From Octopus vulgaris (taxonomy: Eukaryota): 62,000 nt of DNA. This document shows, one piece after another, positions 35,301 to 48,600 of this stretch; within the stretch, counting starts at the first letter, position 1; every line of letters starts with the position of its first letter. A program made the translations under genes and the position numbers. Location: positions 169,156,001-169,218,000 of the forward strand of contig OX597814.1 of assembly GCA_951406725.2 (NCBI GenBank), written 5' to 3'. The notes beneath the pieces are model-generated. The model did no database searches, was not told the DNA's origin, and saw only the letters and a program-made list of their open reading frames with translations.

Positions 35301-35820
35301 TTTTTTTTTAATGGACATAATTGATGTTTTTAAATAGCATAACGGTTGTACTTACAAGAACTCTTATAGAATCTTTTACTATATTATTTTTTTTTGTGGT
35401 TAATTTTGGTTTTGAACTGGTTGTATTATTGGATTTATATCAGTATTTATGAAGAGCTATGTTTTCACAGTTATGCTGTTATTCAGTTTGGTCCAGTTCT
35501 AGGGTAGAAAATTGGGAAATTTGTGTGGTGGCAGATGAAATATCTTCCAGTTACTAAGTCATCTCTCCTTACATTCTATTGTCATATCTGATGGGGTCAA
35601 AATAAATATCAGTCCACTAGTTGAGTTGATTTAAGTTGACCATAGCCCACTTACAAAATGTGTGGAGTTGTTGTTCCTAAGTTAGAAATTAATAGATATT
35701 ATTGTTATTGCATTGCTTTGGTCATTCCTGCTTGAATAAACCTTATAGCACAGACGTAGCTGATCAATAAATTGGTTTGATCATACTGACCTAATGGTTA
35801 ATACTTGAAATATATTGTAG

Positions 35821-35868
35821 GGAACTTGTTGAAGCAGAGGGAGAGAGATTAGATGCTCCATTGAGCAG
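35821..35868 (+). CDS. Candidate 48-nt internal exon (ELVEAEGERLDAPLS)
   Basis: tgtag| acceptor, CAG|GTAAAT donor, purine-rich, one open frame (phase 2-2); protein not recognised. Confidence 0.2.
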
Positions 35869-36183
35869 GTAAATGCTGTTGATCAGTTATGCTTGAGTAG
35901 CAGTCCTATGACACTAAGATACCAAATCAAAGAATTATTTAATCAGCATTGTAGCTGTGGTTAATTGGTTGGAACAATTGACACCTCCTACATGCACAGC
36001 TGTCTTCATAGTTTGACATTAATTTTTAAAAACAAAAACCTGTTTCAATGTTACAATGTCTAATTACAATTAAAAAAACCTGGATGTGAATAATCCAATA
36101 TTATTGCTAAGAATGTACCACAAGTTAATACAAAATCCCATTCTTTACAGACGTGATGGTGCTAGCATAATATCTAATTATGT

Positions 36184-36358
36184 TAGGTGTAGGAGTGGCT
36201 GTGGGGTAAGTAGCTCGCTTACTAACCACTTGGTTACAGGTTCAGTCCCACTGCGTGGCACCTTGAGCAAGTGTCTTCTACTATATCCTCGGGCCGACCA
36301 AAACCTTGTGAGTGGATTTGGTAGACGGAAACTGAAAGAAGCCCGTCATATATATGTC

Positions 36359-36419
<61 letters not shown>

Positions 36420-36626
36420 GTGTGTATATGTTTGTCCTCCCAACATCGCTTGTCAACCGATGCTGGTGTGTTTACGTCCCTGTAACTTAGCGGTTCAGCA
36501 AAAGAGACCGATAGAATATGTACTAGGCTTACAAAGAATAAGTCCTGGGATTGATTTGCTCGACTAAAGGCAGTGCTCCAGCATGGCCACAGTCAAATAA
36601 CTGAGACAAGTAAAAGAGTAAAAGAG
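36184..36626 (+). mobile_element. SINE family C, full length
   Basis: Match to consensus. Confidence 0.9.
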
Positions 36627-37113
36627 GTATCTAGTTGTATCCTAACTATTTGGTAAGTTGTTACAAGATTTTGGACTTTGTTGCAATCCTTACTTTACAG
36701 ATAGTATTGAGTTTCTTGACGGAGTTTATTACTCTGTTTCTGCCTGTCCATGGATATGCATGAGAGAAGCTCTTATATTGGCTTATAAATATCCAAGCAA
36801 TATGATGCATGTATTTGATATTACATAATCTCTGGTAGCAATTAGATCAAGACTGAGAATATAATATGGATAGAAGTAAAATATGTGATTTGATAAATAT
36901 TGATTTCTCAGTTCAGTCCATGGCTGGCTAATGTTCATTCTTGGTGTTGTTGTTTAGTCATCGAACTGTCCTGATTGAGCATGCCTATGCTCAAAGATAT
37001 TTTATTGTGTGAAGTGAAATATACAGTCTTTGGAGCTACACACTTCTGCCATCAGAATACAAATAGCAGATAGTGTGTGTCACTCAACACCTTTCCCTGT
37101 TTAGATTCACTTT

Positions 37114-37487
37114 TCTTTTATTTGTTTCAGTCATTTGCGGCCATGCTGAAGCACTGCCTTTAATCGAGCAAATCGACCCCAGGACTTATTCTTTGTAAGC
37201 CTAGTATCAGTCTCTTTAACCAAACCAGCATCGGATGTCAAGCGATGTTTGGGGGACAAACACAGACACACAAACATATACACAGACATACATACATATA
37301 TATATACCTATATACATATGTACGACGGGCTTCTTTCAGTTTCCGTCTGCCAAATCCACTCACAAGGCTTTGGTTGGCCCGAGGCTATAGTAGAAGACAC
37401 TTGCCCAAGGTGCCACACAGTGGGACTGTACCTGGAACCATGTGGTTGGTAAGCAAGCTACTTACCCCACAGCCACTCCTGTGCCTA
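37114..37487 (-). mobile_element. SINE family C
   Basis: Reverse match. Confidence 0.88.
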
Positions 37488-37589
37488 TGTTAACATAGGG
37501 AAAATTTGATTGTAGGATCTAAACTGAAGGAATTTACTATTGGAGTAGATTTAAGTTTTAGCCCAACAGTCTTGGCTGTTTTCAACACT

Positions 37590-37910
37590 GGAATCCTCCT
37601 CATTGTCATCATCATTATTGTCATCATCGTCATCGTCATTGTCACCATCATCGTTATCATCATCATCTTAATCGTCATCGGCATCGCTGTCGTCATTGTC
37701 GTTATTGTTGTCAATGTCATCTTCATCATCATTATTGTCATTGTTGTCGTCATTGTCGTTGTTATCATCATCATCATCATTGTCGTTGTAGTTGTCATCA
37801 CTATCATCATTATCATCATCATCATTGTTGTTGTCATCATCGTTGTCATCATAATTGTCATCATCATCGTCGTCGTCTTCATCATTGTCGTCATTATCAT
37901 TGTATCATCA
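37590..37910. repeat. Degenerate trinucleotide repeat (CAT/CGT/TGT/TAT)n
   Basis: T at every third base; explains ORFs 37490-37900 and 37506-37949. Confidence 0.95.
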
Positions 37911-37926
37911 ACATATATACATGTAA

Positions 37927-38230
37927 GTGTAGGAGTGGCTGTCTGGTAAGTAGCTTGCTTACAAACTACATGGTTCCGGGTTCAGTCCCACTGCATGGCA
38001 CCTTGGGCAAGGTGGTAAGCTGGCTGAACCGTTAGTATGCCAGACAAATTGCTTAGCCGCATTTCATCCATCTTAATGTTCTGAGCTCAAATTCTACCGA
38101 GGTCGACTTTGCCTTTCATCCTTTTAGAGTTGGTAAAATAGGTACTAGTTAATTACTCAGGTCAATCATATTGACTTTCCTCTCCTCTCAAAATCTGCTG
38201 GCTCAGTGCCAAAATTTGAAACCATTATTT
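37927..38230 (+). mobile_element. SINE C head fused to a SINE B' copy
   Basis: ..ggcaccttgggcaagg|tggtaagctggctgaacc.. Confidence 0.7.
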
Positions 38231-38639
38231 AACCTCTGCAGAAATTGTTTCACTTATGGTGAATGAACCTGATGACTTCTTTGTTTCACATTTATCCATG
38301 CATTTTTATCTAGTAGAGTGAGATACATGGAATATCAGGCTGCTTTTTCTAGCAGGTTAAGTGACCGCATATAAAAGGCTCCCTTGTTGGCTTGTATCAT
38401 CATCTGTTGTTTCATCTGACACTTGATAGCAACTCTGTATTGATCTTCTACATCAGATTTCACATGAGCAAGAACTGCTTGTATGTATGTATGTGTGTGT
38501 GGATGCATCAATGTGTGTGTGTATGTGTGTGTGTGTGTGCTTTACAATCTTTCATCAGTACAGCAGCTGTCTACTGAAGCTATTAGCTGATCTATAATAG
38601 ATATTTATATCTCTCCAGTCCTCATATATACACACTCAC

Positions 38640-39065
38640 ACATACACTTTGACACACTTGAACTCTCACATATACATACACGCTCCTATACACACTTGCA
38701 CACACACATGCACTCACACTCACATATGTACTCATAATTGCACTTGTGCACTCACACTCACTCATGCACTCTATTCACACTCACATGTGCACTCATACTT
38801 GCTCTCACACATGCACTCACAATTACACTCATGCTCATAAGTACATTTGCACCAACAATTACACTTGCACTTACAGTTACACTCGCACTCACAATTACCT
38901 TCACACTCACACTTGCACTCCTAGTTACTCTTGCACTCCCAATTACAATCACCCTCCCAATTACACTTGCACTCCCAATTACACTTCCACTCGCAATTAT
39001 ACTTGCACTCACAATCACACTCACACTTGCAATTGCACTCACCCTCACACTCACACATACACTTC
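38640..39065. repeat. CA-rich minisatellite grading into an ~18-bp unit (acttgcactc(a/c)caattac)
   Basis: Direct reading. Confidence 0.85.
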
Positions 39066-39182
39066 CTCAGTATCAACAGAAGCTGTTGCAGTATTAGAAC
39101 TGTAAGGTAAACTTATAAGTATGTGCTTTAAGTCAAAACATGTTTTTAGACTCATTTTGAAAAGTAGTGGTTAGATAAAGAT

Positions 39183-39228
39183 GGATCTTACTAGTTTCAA
39201 GATTTATTAAAGGTTTCATCAGAGCTTG
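39183..39228 (-). ncRNA. Degenerate minimal hammerhead-like motif
   Basis: CTGATGA-aacctttaataaatctt-GAAAC-TA-GTA-agatc; palindromic ACTAGT, poor helix II. Confidence 0.3.
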
Positions 39229-39568
39229 GTTGTCACTTCCTAATCACAAGCATCATAATTGGCTTAAAGTAATTCATAATATGCATAAACTTAGACAGAA
39301 GTAAATTTGTCTGACTATTTTAGCATAACAGTGCAAGTGTTGCCAATAAGAATGAATTAATGAATAGCGTAGCACTATTTTGAATTATTTAATGCAGGAC
39401 TATGAATAAAAGCAAAGACTTTGGCTCCAATAACCAAATAATTGAAGAATAAAGAAATGATTAATGAGAATGATGATCATGGTGATGGTGGTGACGATAT
39501 TAACAACAACAACAACAACAATAATGATAATAAGAATAATGATAATTGCCCTGATGCAGTTGTTTTTA

Positions 39569-39868
39569 TTTGTTCCTTCTCGTGCCATGCCTGGCTCATA
39601 GGGTCGGTTTCCCAGTTTCCTTAGCGTATAGGTTCTCCACCTGGATGGGACGCTGGTCCATCACAGGTAAGCTGCAAGATGCAAGAGGAAAGAGTAAGAG
39701 AAAGTTGTGGCAAAAGAGTCAGCAGAAGTTCACCTTTACTTTCTGCCAGAGCCGCGTGGAGCTTAGGTGTTTCGCTCATAAACACACACATCGCCCAGTC
39801 TGAGATTCGAACCTGCAATCCCTCGACCATGAGTCCGCTGCTCTAACCACTAGGCCATGTGCCTTCAC
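39569..39868 (-). mobile_element. tRNA-derived SINE family I (possibly OR1-type)
   Basis: tggcctagtggttagagc..ggttcgaatctc tRNA-like head; tgtgatggaccagcgtcccatccagg block. Confidence 0.8.
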
Positions 39869-40290
39869 CCTGATGCAGTACCAGGCACTGGCTCCTATGG
39901 CTTCGGATCTTAAACTGAATGAAAGTGCTATCATGTACATGTTTTGTCTTGGTATAAAAGACGGGCTACCACAAATATTCTTTGGTCAGCCTGAGGCTAT
40001 AGCAGAAGGCATTCGCGCAAGGTGCCACACAGTGGGACTGAACCCAGCACCATGTGGTTGGGAAGCAAACCTCTTACCACACAGCCATTCCTGGATTTTG
40101 TTTATTTGCTGCTAGTTTGATCTTCAAAGGTTGGTGAATCTCAGGCCATCATCCTCCTTTGCATTCTCCTTATCAGTACTTTCAGGAGAGATCTCATTTT
40201 TGCTTTGAAGAGGTTGCTCTTTCTTGCTCAATTTTGTTGTTTTCTGTTGCTGGTTACTATTCTTTTTATTTAATGACTTTTATTTTTCTC

Positions 40291-40354
<64 letters not shown>

Positions 40355-40355
<1 letters not shown>

Positions 40356-40571
40356 TATGTTTGACTTTTGCTTTACATTATTTGCACAAGCTGGCTCCAA
40401 GTCTCACCCAGAGACCTCAAGAGACAACAAGTTGGAAGTTCATGTTGGTGTTATGCCTAGGGTGCCATATATTTGGTTTTGTACTTAGTGTTGTACTAGT
40501 GAATGCCTAAAAAAGACCATACGAAAATTATGTTTGTTTTAAAACTTGAGATTACATAGAAAGTATTTTGC

Positions 40572-40572
<1 letters not shown>
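40355..40572 (-). mobile_element. Short 5'-truncated R4/Dong-like copy (RKILSM* + 3' UTR) inside (TAA)n
   Basis: Near-duplicate of the 3' end of 40718-42873; (TAT)n both sides. Confidence 0.9.
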
Positions 40573-40635
<63 letters not shown>

Positions 40636-40677
40636 TATTATTATTATTATTATTATTACTATTATTATTATTATTAC

Positions 40678-40717
<40 letters not shown>

Positions 40718-40718
<1 letters not shown>

Positions 40719-42873
40719 TATGTTTGACTTTTGCTTTATATTTGTACAAGTTGGCTCCAAGTCTCACCCAGAGACCTCAAGAGACAACAGGTTGGAAGTT
40801 CATGTTGTTGTTATGCCTAGTGTGCCATATATTTGGGGGGCAGTTTTTGGTGTTGTACTAATGAATGTCTAAAAAAATAAATAAATAAATAAATAAATAA
40901 AAATAAAAATTTTTTTTTTTTCCTTTCTCTTAAAAACCGAAAATTATGTTTGTTTTAAACCTTGAGATTACATAGAAAGTATTTTGCGTAGGATATGAGC
41001 AGTTCCCATGAGCACTATCTTTTGAATTTCTGCCATTTTTGGGTTTCCTGGTATCTGAGTTAGGTAGCTATCAGCCCCTTTTGCTATCATTCCCAGGGCA
41101 CCTATGACAACAGGTAATGTTTTAGTCTTCAGGTTCCACATTTTGCTGATTTCTATTTCAAGATCTTTATACTTGCTCAGTTTTTGGTAGGTCTTGACAC
41201 ATACGTTTATATCGATTGGGACAGTCATATCAATGAGGAGGCATGTTCTTTGTTTGAAGTCTTTCAATATGATATCTGGCCTATTTGCATCTATCTTTCT
41301 GTCAGTTTGAATGGTGAAGTTCCAGAGGAGTGAGATGTGGTCATTTTCAAGCACTGGGGGTGGTTTGTGTTCCCACCAGTTTTTTTCATGGGGCAAATCC
41401 AAGTTTTTGCAGATTACCCAGTGAATATATTGTGCAGCTCTATCGTGTCTGTTGAGATACTCTGTAGGCGCTAGAAGACTGCACTTGGAGACCACATGGT
41501 CAATGGCTTCATTTTGTTGCTGGCATACACGACACGTTGGACTACTTCTGATCTTTAATATGTTGGCCAGGTAGTTTCTTGTTGGTAGGCTTGAGCTGCT
41601 ATGATAAACCCCTCTGTTTCAGATTTTAAGCCAGAGGCCTTTAGCCATTGATGGGTCAGGGCTTTGTCAACATCTGCATTATTTGGGTATTTGCCATAGA
41701 GAGGTTTTTCTTGCCATTTATCATTCAGAATATCTAAGGCCGCAGATTTAGCACGGGTTTTCATGCGCTTAGCTTTTTCTGTGCCTGTTTCTTGTATGTC
41801 TATCTCTAATTCCGAAATTTGTTGTATTCGGAATTCACTTAGATATTCCATTGCCTATTTTGTTACTGAGTATGATGCTTTCTTGTTTTCATGTTTTGAG
41901 ACAAGTTTTAACATCCAGTCCTCAGAGTTTTTCAGGTAGGTGTCTAGGCCAATTGTAGCAATCTTCATTGTTACTGCCAGTTGAAAAGTCCACGGCCTCC
42001 CTCTTTTCTTGGCAGATAAAGTCGTTCTGTATCTGCCTTAGGGTGGTGCATTCTATGCATTGTCAACAGTTTTCGTATATTCCTGTCAAGATTACATATT
42101 TCAGTAATTGACCAGTTAACGATATTGAAACTGTAAGTCACAACTGGTATGGCCAATGCATTGATCGCTTCGATCCTGTTTCTCGCATTCAGCTCTGTCT
42201 TGAGTATTGCTCTTACTCTGCGATAACATTCTCTCCTGATCCTTTCCTTCATCTCTGAATGCCTTATTCCTTCTCCTTCAATTACCCCTAGATACTTGTA
42301 GTTCTCTGCTGGGTCTAATTCTTTTATGACATTCTGCTGGTCAAGGTTAACATTAGATGTTTCTGTAATTTTTCCTTTGATAAAGGTAGCTTTTGCACAC
42401 TTATCGAGGCCAAATTGCATTCTGATGTCATCACTGAATTGTTTGACAATCGCTAGTAAGGCCTTGAGTTGTTGGTCATTTTTTGCAAAGAGCTTTAAAT
42501 CATCCATGGAAATGAGATGATTTATATTTTTATCAAACATTTTATACCCGTACTGCGCATCATTGAGCAGTTTTGAGAGAGGTATTAAGGCTAAACAGAA
42601 GAGGAGTGGTGATAGTGAGTCACCCTGGAAAATGCCACATGAAATTTTTACATCACTAGCATTTAGAGATTCATTGTCACTGTTCAAAGTTAGTGTGGTT
42701 CTCCATGATCTCATACTTACAGACAAAAAGTTTCGCAGAGCAGGTGCTATCTTATACATTTCTAGGCATTTCTTAATCCAGCTATGTGGTAGGCTATCAA
42801 AAGCCTTTTTATAGTCTATCCAGGCTATCGATAAGTTTTTGTGTCGTTTGTAACAATCTTCTAAGATCATCTT
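40718..42873 (-). mobile_element. 5'-truncated R4/Dong-like LINE (RT + restriction-like endonuclease), inactivated
   Basis: AWIDYKKAFDSLPH, GIFQGDSLSPLLF, SMDD in place of YMDD, GLKSETEG, RHDRAAQYIHW, RPDII..LIDMTVP, KLSKYKDL; frameshifts; (TAA)n both flanks. Confidence 0.93.
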
Positions 42874-42945
42874 ATTGATGAGTATTATTATTATTATTAC
42901 TATTATTATTACTATTATTATTATTACTATTATTATTATTATTAC

Positions 42946-42999
<54 letters not shown>

Positions 43000-43618
43000 T
43001 ACTATTATTATTGTTATTGTTATTATTATCATTATTTTGTATTTCTCTCCAGTTTAGTTAAATTCCTTTCTAACCATTATCTCTTTCTCATTCACACATC
43101 AATAGATTAGTGCAACTGGTTGCTACTTTAAAGAGATTGAATGTCTGCTTGCTTGTTTTTAAGACTGGGAACATAGTTTTTTTTCTTGCCATTCTCAGAG
43201 TTGTGGCTAATGTTATTCTGGAAATTGAGGATTGCTGTCTTGGATGGTTTCTATTGCTTCCTCTTCTTGTTTTCTTGCCCAGTCTTTCTAGTTCTTCAAG
43301 GCAGAAGGCTCTGACGTGGCTCTTACTATGATGACCTGTGTATCAATGAAGCTATTTTCCCCTTCGCCATTCATCTCAACACTTTCAACAATGGCATTGT
43401 GGTCTAGGGTATCATTAGAACTTGCAAATCTATTTTGATGCCATTTAGCTCCATATCACCTGTCACCAGTCCAGCTAAAATCACCTGCTCATACAGCAAT
43501 ATAAAAATGATGACCAGCCATTGTTTTACATTATTTTCAATGTCCTCTTCTCATTACCCTTGTATTTTTCTACCCCATACACTGGAGTACAAGATAATCA
43601 GTCCTTATATTTTTTGTG

Positions 43619-44125
43619 TACCATAAATCCTCGAGTATAATCTGCAATTTTTTCCCCAAAATTTGAAGTTCAAAATCCCTAGTGCATACTATATATGAGG
43701 TTAAAAATGAAAAATATTTTCTAAGCAATGTCTGAGTCTCTAATTGCTGTCCAACAATGTTTATTCAGACACATTTTGTGATGTTGGGCGCGAAAATACC
43801 TTAAGCTAAGCCTGAAAGCAATGAAGTCATAAAAGAATCATCCATAACTTGCAGTAAGTGACATTTATTAAATGTTATTACTGTTATTTCTTTATTTTCT
43901 GCAAACAAAAATGCACACGTTTGCATTATGTTATATATAAAATAATAATAAAGGATGTTACTGTATACATTTTTACAAATCAGGGACGTTATATAGACCT
44001 CCTTGACTCAAGCTAGAGAAGGGGTGTATATTATACACAAGGTTTAGGTTTTTCAGAGGTACAGCCCCCTAAAAATCCCCTGCGTATTATACTCAAGGGC
44101 AGACTATACTCGAGAATTTATGGTA
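43619..44125. mobile_element. Tc1/mariner-superfamily (Tc2/pogo-like) non-autonomous element
   Basis: TA-flanked TIRs ccataaatcctcgagtata / tatactcgagaatttatgg. Confidence 0.75.
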
Positions 44126-44423
44126 TGTGTGTGCATGTATGTATGCATCTCCATTTAATAATGGTTTCAAATTTTGGCACAAGGCCACCAAGTTCAGAGG
44201 AAGGGACAAGTTGATTATATTGACCCCAAAGTTTAACTGGTATTTATTTTATCGATCCAATCTTGGCAGAATTTGAACTCAGAACATAAACTGATATAAC
44301 TGTTGGCTGGTTGAAAGTGTAGTTAATAATTTCCGCCTCAAAAGTGCAGCAAGCAGCACCATATCAGTTTTCCCTTCCAATTGAGAGATTTTCTTCTGAA
44401 ATTTCTTGTCATGCATGTTCTAG

Positions 44424-44474
44424 ATACTGCTTTAATGGTAATTTGATACTGCCACCTTCCTTTATAAAACACAG
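44424..44474 (+). CDS. Candidate 51-nt internal exon (YCFNGNLILPPSFIKH)
   Basis: tttcttgtcatgcatgttctag| acceptor, CAG|GTAAAT donor, open in phase 2-2; protein not recognised. Confidence 0.2.
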
Positions 44475-45941
44475 GTAAATTATTTTTTACTTTGCTCTCT
44501 CTTGGATGACATCCTGCAGCAAAAGAGACATTGTCTGGTTTTACATAATTTTCTCAACTAATTTTATTCCAACAACTGTTAAATATAAAATTTTCTGTTT
44601 GTCATGATAGAAGCAAGATTATCTTTAACACAGCTGCTATATGAATGATTTAAAGTGTTTGTCTCTGTACAAGTGTTGTTGCAGTTATTGCTATCTTCAA
44701 AAGTATTTGTTAAACTCTTCAAAAATTTTTTTATTTTATTAATTGCTCATTAAAATGTTAATTCTTTTTTCCTGTTTTTTATTTGAAAGTGCAGTTTGTT
44801 TTAGAGCTTTTTTTTGTTGACATTTATTGGTGTTGTCTTTTGTATATTGAGGATATCTGCCAGACATTTTAAATATAAAATTTAGTTAAAATGTGTAAGC
44901 AAATGAAATAAAGACTGTAAAGGCAAAGCTTTATTTCTGCCTCTCCCTGGGTAGTGATGCCCTTAGGTGTTTAAAATTCATTTTGGGTGAGTGATCCAAA
45001 GAAATTTTCAAAGTTGAATAAAGATGTGTCTCAAAGAGAGAAGATAAAACATGTGTTCACATATTGAGAGTAAAAAACTGTAGCACAAGGAAGGAAAAAG
45101 ACAAAAGAAAAAGTAGCCAATGGGAGAATGAAATACAGAGACCTTATCTGTTGACCTAGGTGGGATGAGCAATCAGTCTTAAGAAGTAAACAAGTCCTTG
45201 CATGCTGCTGCCTCTTATTGAACTGCCTTTTACACGTGCTTCCGGCCCATACATGCCCTGTGGCTGTTCTGCTGGCCCCTGCAGTCTTCACTTCCATCTA
45301 CCTCATCTGCAATCCTCTCCACCAACACCACATAGCTCATCACAGCCCATAACACCACAAACACCACAAAAACAATTACAATAATCATAATAAAATGTTC
45401 TTTTATTTCTCAAATGGAACTAAATGGGATTTATATGATAACAAAGTATAGAATGGTGGTAGTTTGCATTGAGTATAAGAGGAAACAGCAAATATGAAAT
45501 ATATGTTAAAACTGATGTGAAAAATATTGTATGTGTCCCAAAAGGGAGACAACCTCATTGGGTGGTTAACTTAATCTATTACCTGGTTTAATACTACCAC
45601 ATGCTCCCTGTCCTTTAACAGAGTCCACTGTGTTGCAAGCATTTAGGCCAGGCCTCCAGTTTAAGGATACTTTTCTCCCTCCCTTTCATTAGTCTCAGAA
45701 TCTCTGTAAAAAATTCTGGGAAATTGCCTGCTGTTATTTGTACTGTCTAGCCAAGTTCTTCATTCTAAATTGCTCATTCACACATACTTACCACTTATGT
45801 TTATATATTTGTTTTGCAAGATTCTTATTGTTGTATTTAGGGATGGTCATGTTGCCAGTTTAGCCAATGAAAACACAAGCACTATATGTTTGGTGCTAAT
45901 TTGCTTCAGCTTTATTATATTTTTTACATTAATCTTATTTC

Positions 45942-45985
45942 GGCCAGAGTTCTTTCGTCCATTTCTGTGACCTCATCAGTGGTCC
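45942..45985 (-). ncRNA. Minimal hammerhead-like motif within pLTR-like repeat 45770-46190
   Basis: ggacca-CTGATGA-g-GTC..GAC-GAAA-G-aa-CTC-tggcc. Confidence 0.45.
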
Positions 45986-46369
45986 TGTGCTTTCTTCTTT
46001 CTTATTTGTGTGTCTCTCCTTACTAACGATTAGCCATTTTTGTATGTGTCATTATTTGTGCTATTGTATGTGTCTTTATTTGTGCATGCGTATACCCCTA
46101 TGTGTGTCTATGTTTAGTAAGTGTGTGTGTGTGTGTGGGGGGGCAAGTGCCTGTATTATTTGTATCTCCTATTTATACATGTTCCTGTAATTTGTTTTTA
46201 TGCTTAAAGACACATACAATAGGAATACAAAATACAAAATGACCATCCCTAAATACAACAAATACTTACCACCCTTATTCACCTTTCAGCACTTCTCTCT
46301 CTTTCCCTACTCCCACCTTCCATCTCCATCCTTACTTCCCTCATTGGGTGACTCTTGAAATATTGGTTT

Positions 46370-46730
46370 CAAATTGGCAAAGTTGATCCCGATGGAATTT
46401 GAACTCAGAACATAAAAATGGACAAAATGTTGCTAAGCAGTTTACCTGGCATGCTAACAACTTTGCGTGCTTGCCACTTTGGCTCTTGAAATATTGGTTT
46501 CAAATTTTGGCACAAGTCCAGCAATTTGGAGGGAAGAGACAAGTCAATTAAATCAACCTCAGTGTTCAAATGGTACTTATTGTATTAACCTTGAAAGGAT
46601 GAAAAGCAAAGTCAACCACAGCAGAATTTGAACTCAGAACATATAGATGAACAAAATGTTTCTAAGCATTTTGTCCAGCTTGCTAATTATTCTTCAGCTT
46701 ACCACCTTGGCCCTTGAAATATTGATGAAG
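46370..46730 (-). mobile_element. Two SINE B' copies
   Basis: Two atttgaactcagaacat B-box reverses. Confidence 0.7.
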
Positions 46731-47109
46731 GTTGGCAAGAGAAAATGAAAGGAAAAAATGGCATCAACCTTCTCAATCTTATCCATCGCACTACCTTTTT
46801 ACCATAACAATTTAGAAATAAAAAAACTGCTTGCACTTCCCTGCCAAGTGAATGTGGCTGAGCAATACAGGTGCAACCCTACTGAGCCATTGTTGGCTTT
46901 TACTTAGGCTCACTTCCACTTTGTCAAACCTTGCAGGGTATTGACCATGGAGTGATTCAGACCAACAAAGAAATAAAAACTAATTACTCAGACATAGTAA
47001 TCAAGTACAGGGTGTATTCAATTGTATTAAACTCTATACTTAATTTGTATTTTATTTTATTGACTCTGTTTTGTTAGCTGCTCCTCCTATTCTGCTGTCC
47101 ATCATCCCC

Positions 47110-47310
47110 TAGAAGGTGATGAAGGCTGAAGTGGTAGGCAGCAGAACTAGAGGAAGACCTCAGTTTGTGTGGATCGATGGATTGAGGAAAGCTTTGGTAG
47201 TTAGAGGTGTTGGAGTGAGAGAGGCAAGAGAGTTTATTAATGGTAGGAAAACTTGGAGAGTTTGTGGACAGATGAGTGAATTTGATGTTGCTCAAAGGGG
47301 TACGGAACAT
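47110..47310 (+). pseudogene. C-terminal remnant of a second RTE family
   Basis: RRVMKAEVVGSRTRGRPQFVWIDGLRK..R..W: RTE-type GRP..W motif. Confidence 0.6.
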
Positions 47311-47499
47311 AACAATTAAAATAATAATAAGGAGAAGAATCCTTTCTAGTATAGGCACAATGCCTGAAATTTTGTGGGTTGAGGCTAATTAATTACATTA
47401 ACCCTGAAAGGATGAAGAGCAAAGTCAACCTTGGCAGAATCTGAACTTAGAACATAAAGCCAGATTCACCACCTTAATAATAATGATGATGATGATGAT

Positions 47500-48600
47500 G
47501 GGTCAAAGAGACAAAAACAACATGATAAATAGAATTACAAAAGATACTGAAGGAGAAATGGAGAGAAAAATCACTCCATGGCCAATACCCTGCAAGGTTT
47601 GACAAAGTGGAAGTGAGCCTAAGTAAAAGCCAACAATGGCTCAAAAGCTCTGGTCTAAAAGTTGAAACCGAAGGACTGATTTTCCCTGCACAAGACCAAT
47701 ACCTGGTTACAAACAATTATAAAAGCAAAATAATGAAAAGCAGCCTGAACACCAAATGCAGTGTCTGCAACCAGCACAGTGAGACTGTAAACCACATCAT
47801 CTTAGGCTGCCCAGTCCTTGCCAAATCTGGATATATATACTGTATACAGACACATCAGAGTAAGCAGTTATATCCATTAGACAAGATGCCAACATTACAG
47901 CATTAAAGCTGACAACAAGTGGCAGAAACGTTAACGCACCAGGCGAAATGCTTAGCGGTATTTCATCTGCCGTTACGTTCTGAGTTCAAATTCCGCTGGG
48001 GTCGACTTTGCCTTTCATCCTTTCGGGGTCGATAAATAAAGTACCAGTTACGCACTGGGGTCGATATAATCGACTTAATCCGTTTGTCTGTCCTTGTTTG
48101 TCCTCTCTGTGTTTAGCCCCTTGTGGGTAGTAAAGAAATAGGTATAAACATGTGCTAAACAAGGTCCAAGACAACAACCAGGTCACAATCATCTGGGATA
48201 TGCCAGTTCAAAACAACAAAGAAACAAAAGCTAATCACCCAGACATAGTAATCAAGAATTGGAAAAGAAATACCAGCTTACTGATAGACATTGCAGTCCC
48301 TTTTGATCAAAATATTATCTAGAAGGAAATGGAGAAATAGTCAAAGTACAAAGACCTCAAAATTGAAATATTCAAGATGTAGAGCATGAAGGTAAAAACA
48401 ATATCAATAATAATTGAAGCATTGGGCATGATAAAAAGACATATGAACAAAAACATAGAAGCTATACCTGGGTCCTCAACACTACACACTATCCAAAAAA
48501 TAGCCCTGCTAGGAACAGCACACATCCTATGCAAGACTATCAATTCAATAATACAACCTAAACAAAACAACCCACAAACACAAGATGCTCTATACAGCAA
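47500..48600 (+). mobile_element. Degenerate R4/Dong-like C-terminal fragment, interrupted by SINE B (47920-48141)
   Basis: QWLKSSGLKVETEGLI.AQDQ, C..C....ETVNHI..GC..LA, QKIALLGTAHIL. Confidence 0.85.

Noticed and set aside
36701-36830. Exon after strong ctttacag acceptor (SIEFLDGVYYSV..)
   Set aside because: No convincing donor, ends in a stop, phase incompatible with the other candidates, no recognisable homology
37490-37949. Hydrophobic poly-I/V and poly-M/T ORFs resembling membrane or antifreeze proteins
   Set aside because: Translation of a degenerate trinucleotide repeat
38649-39105. His/Thr/Cys-rich and Leu/Thr-rich ORFs
   Set aside because: Translation of a CA-rich minisatellite
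39790-39868. tRNA gene (also heads of SINE families B, C, E)
   Set aside because: A/B boxes continue into SINE bodies; no complete cloverleaf evident
40159-43057. Poly-Y and poly-I ORFs, including the N-terminus of the 353-aa ORF
   Set aside because: (TAT)n microsatellite translations
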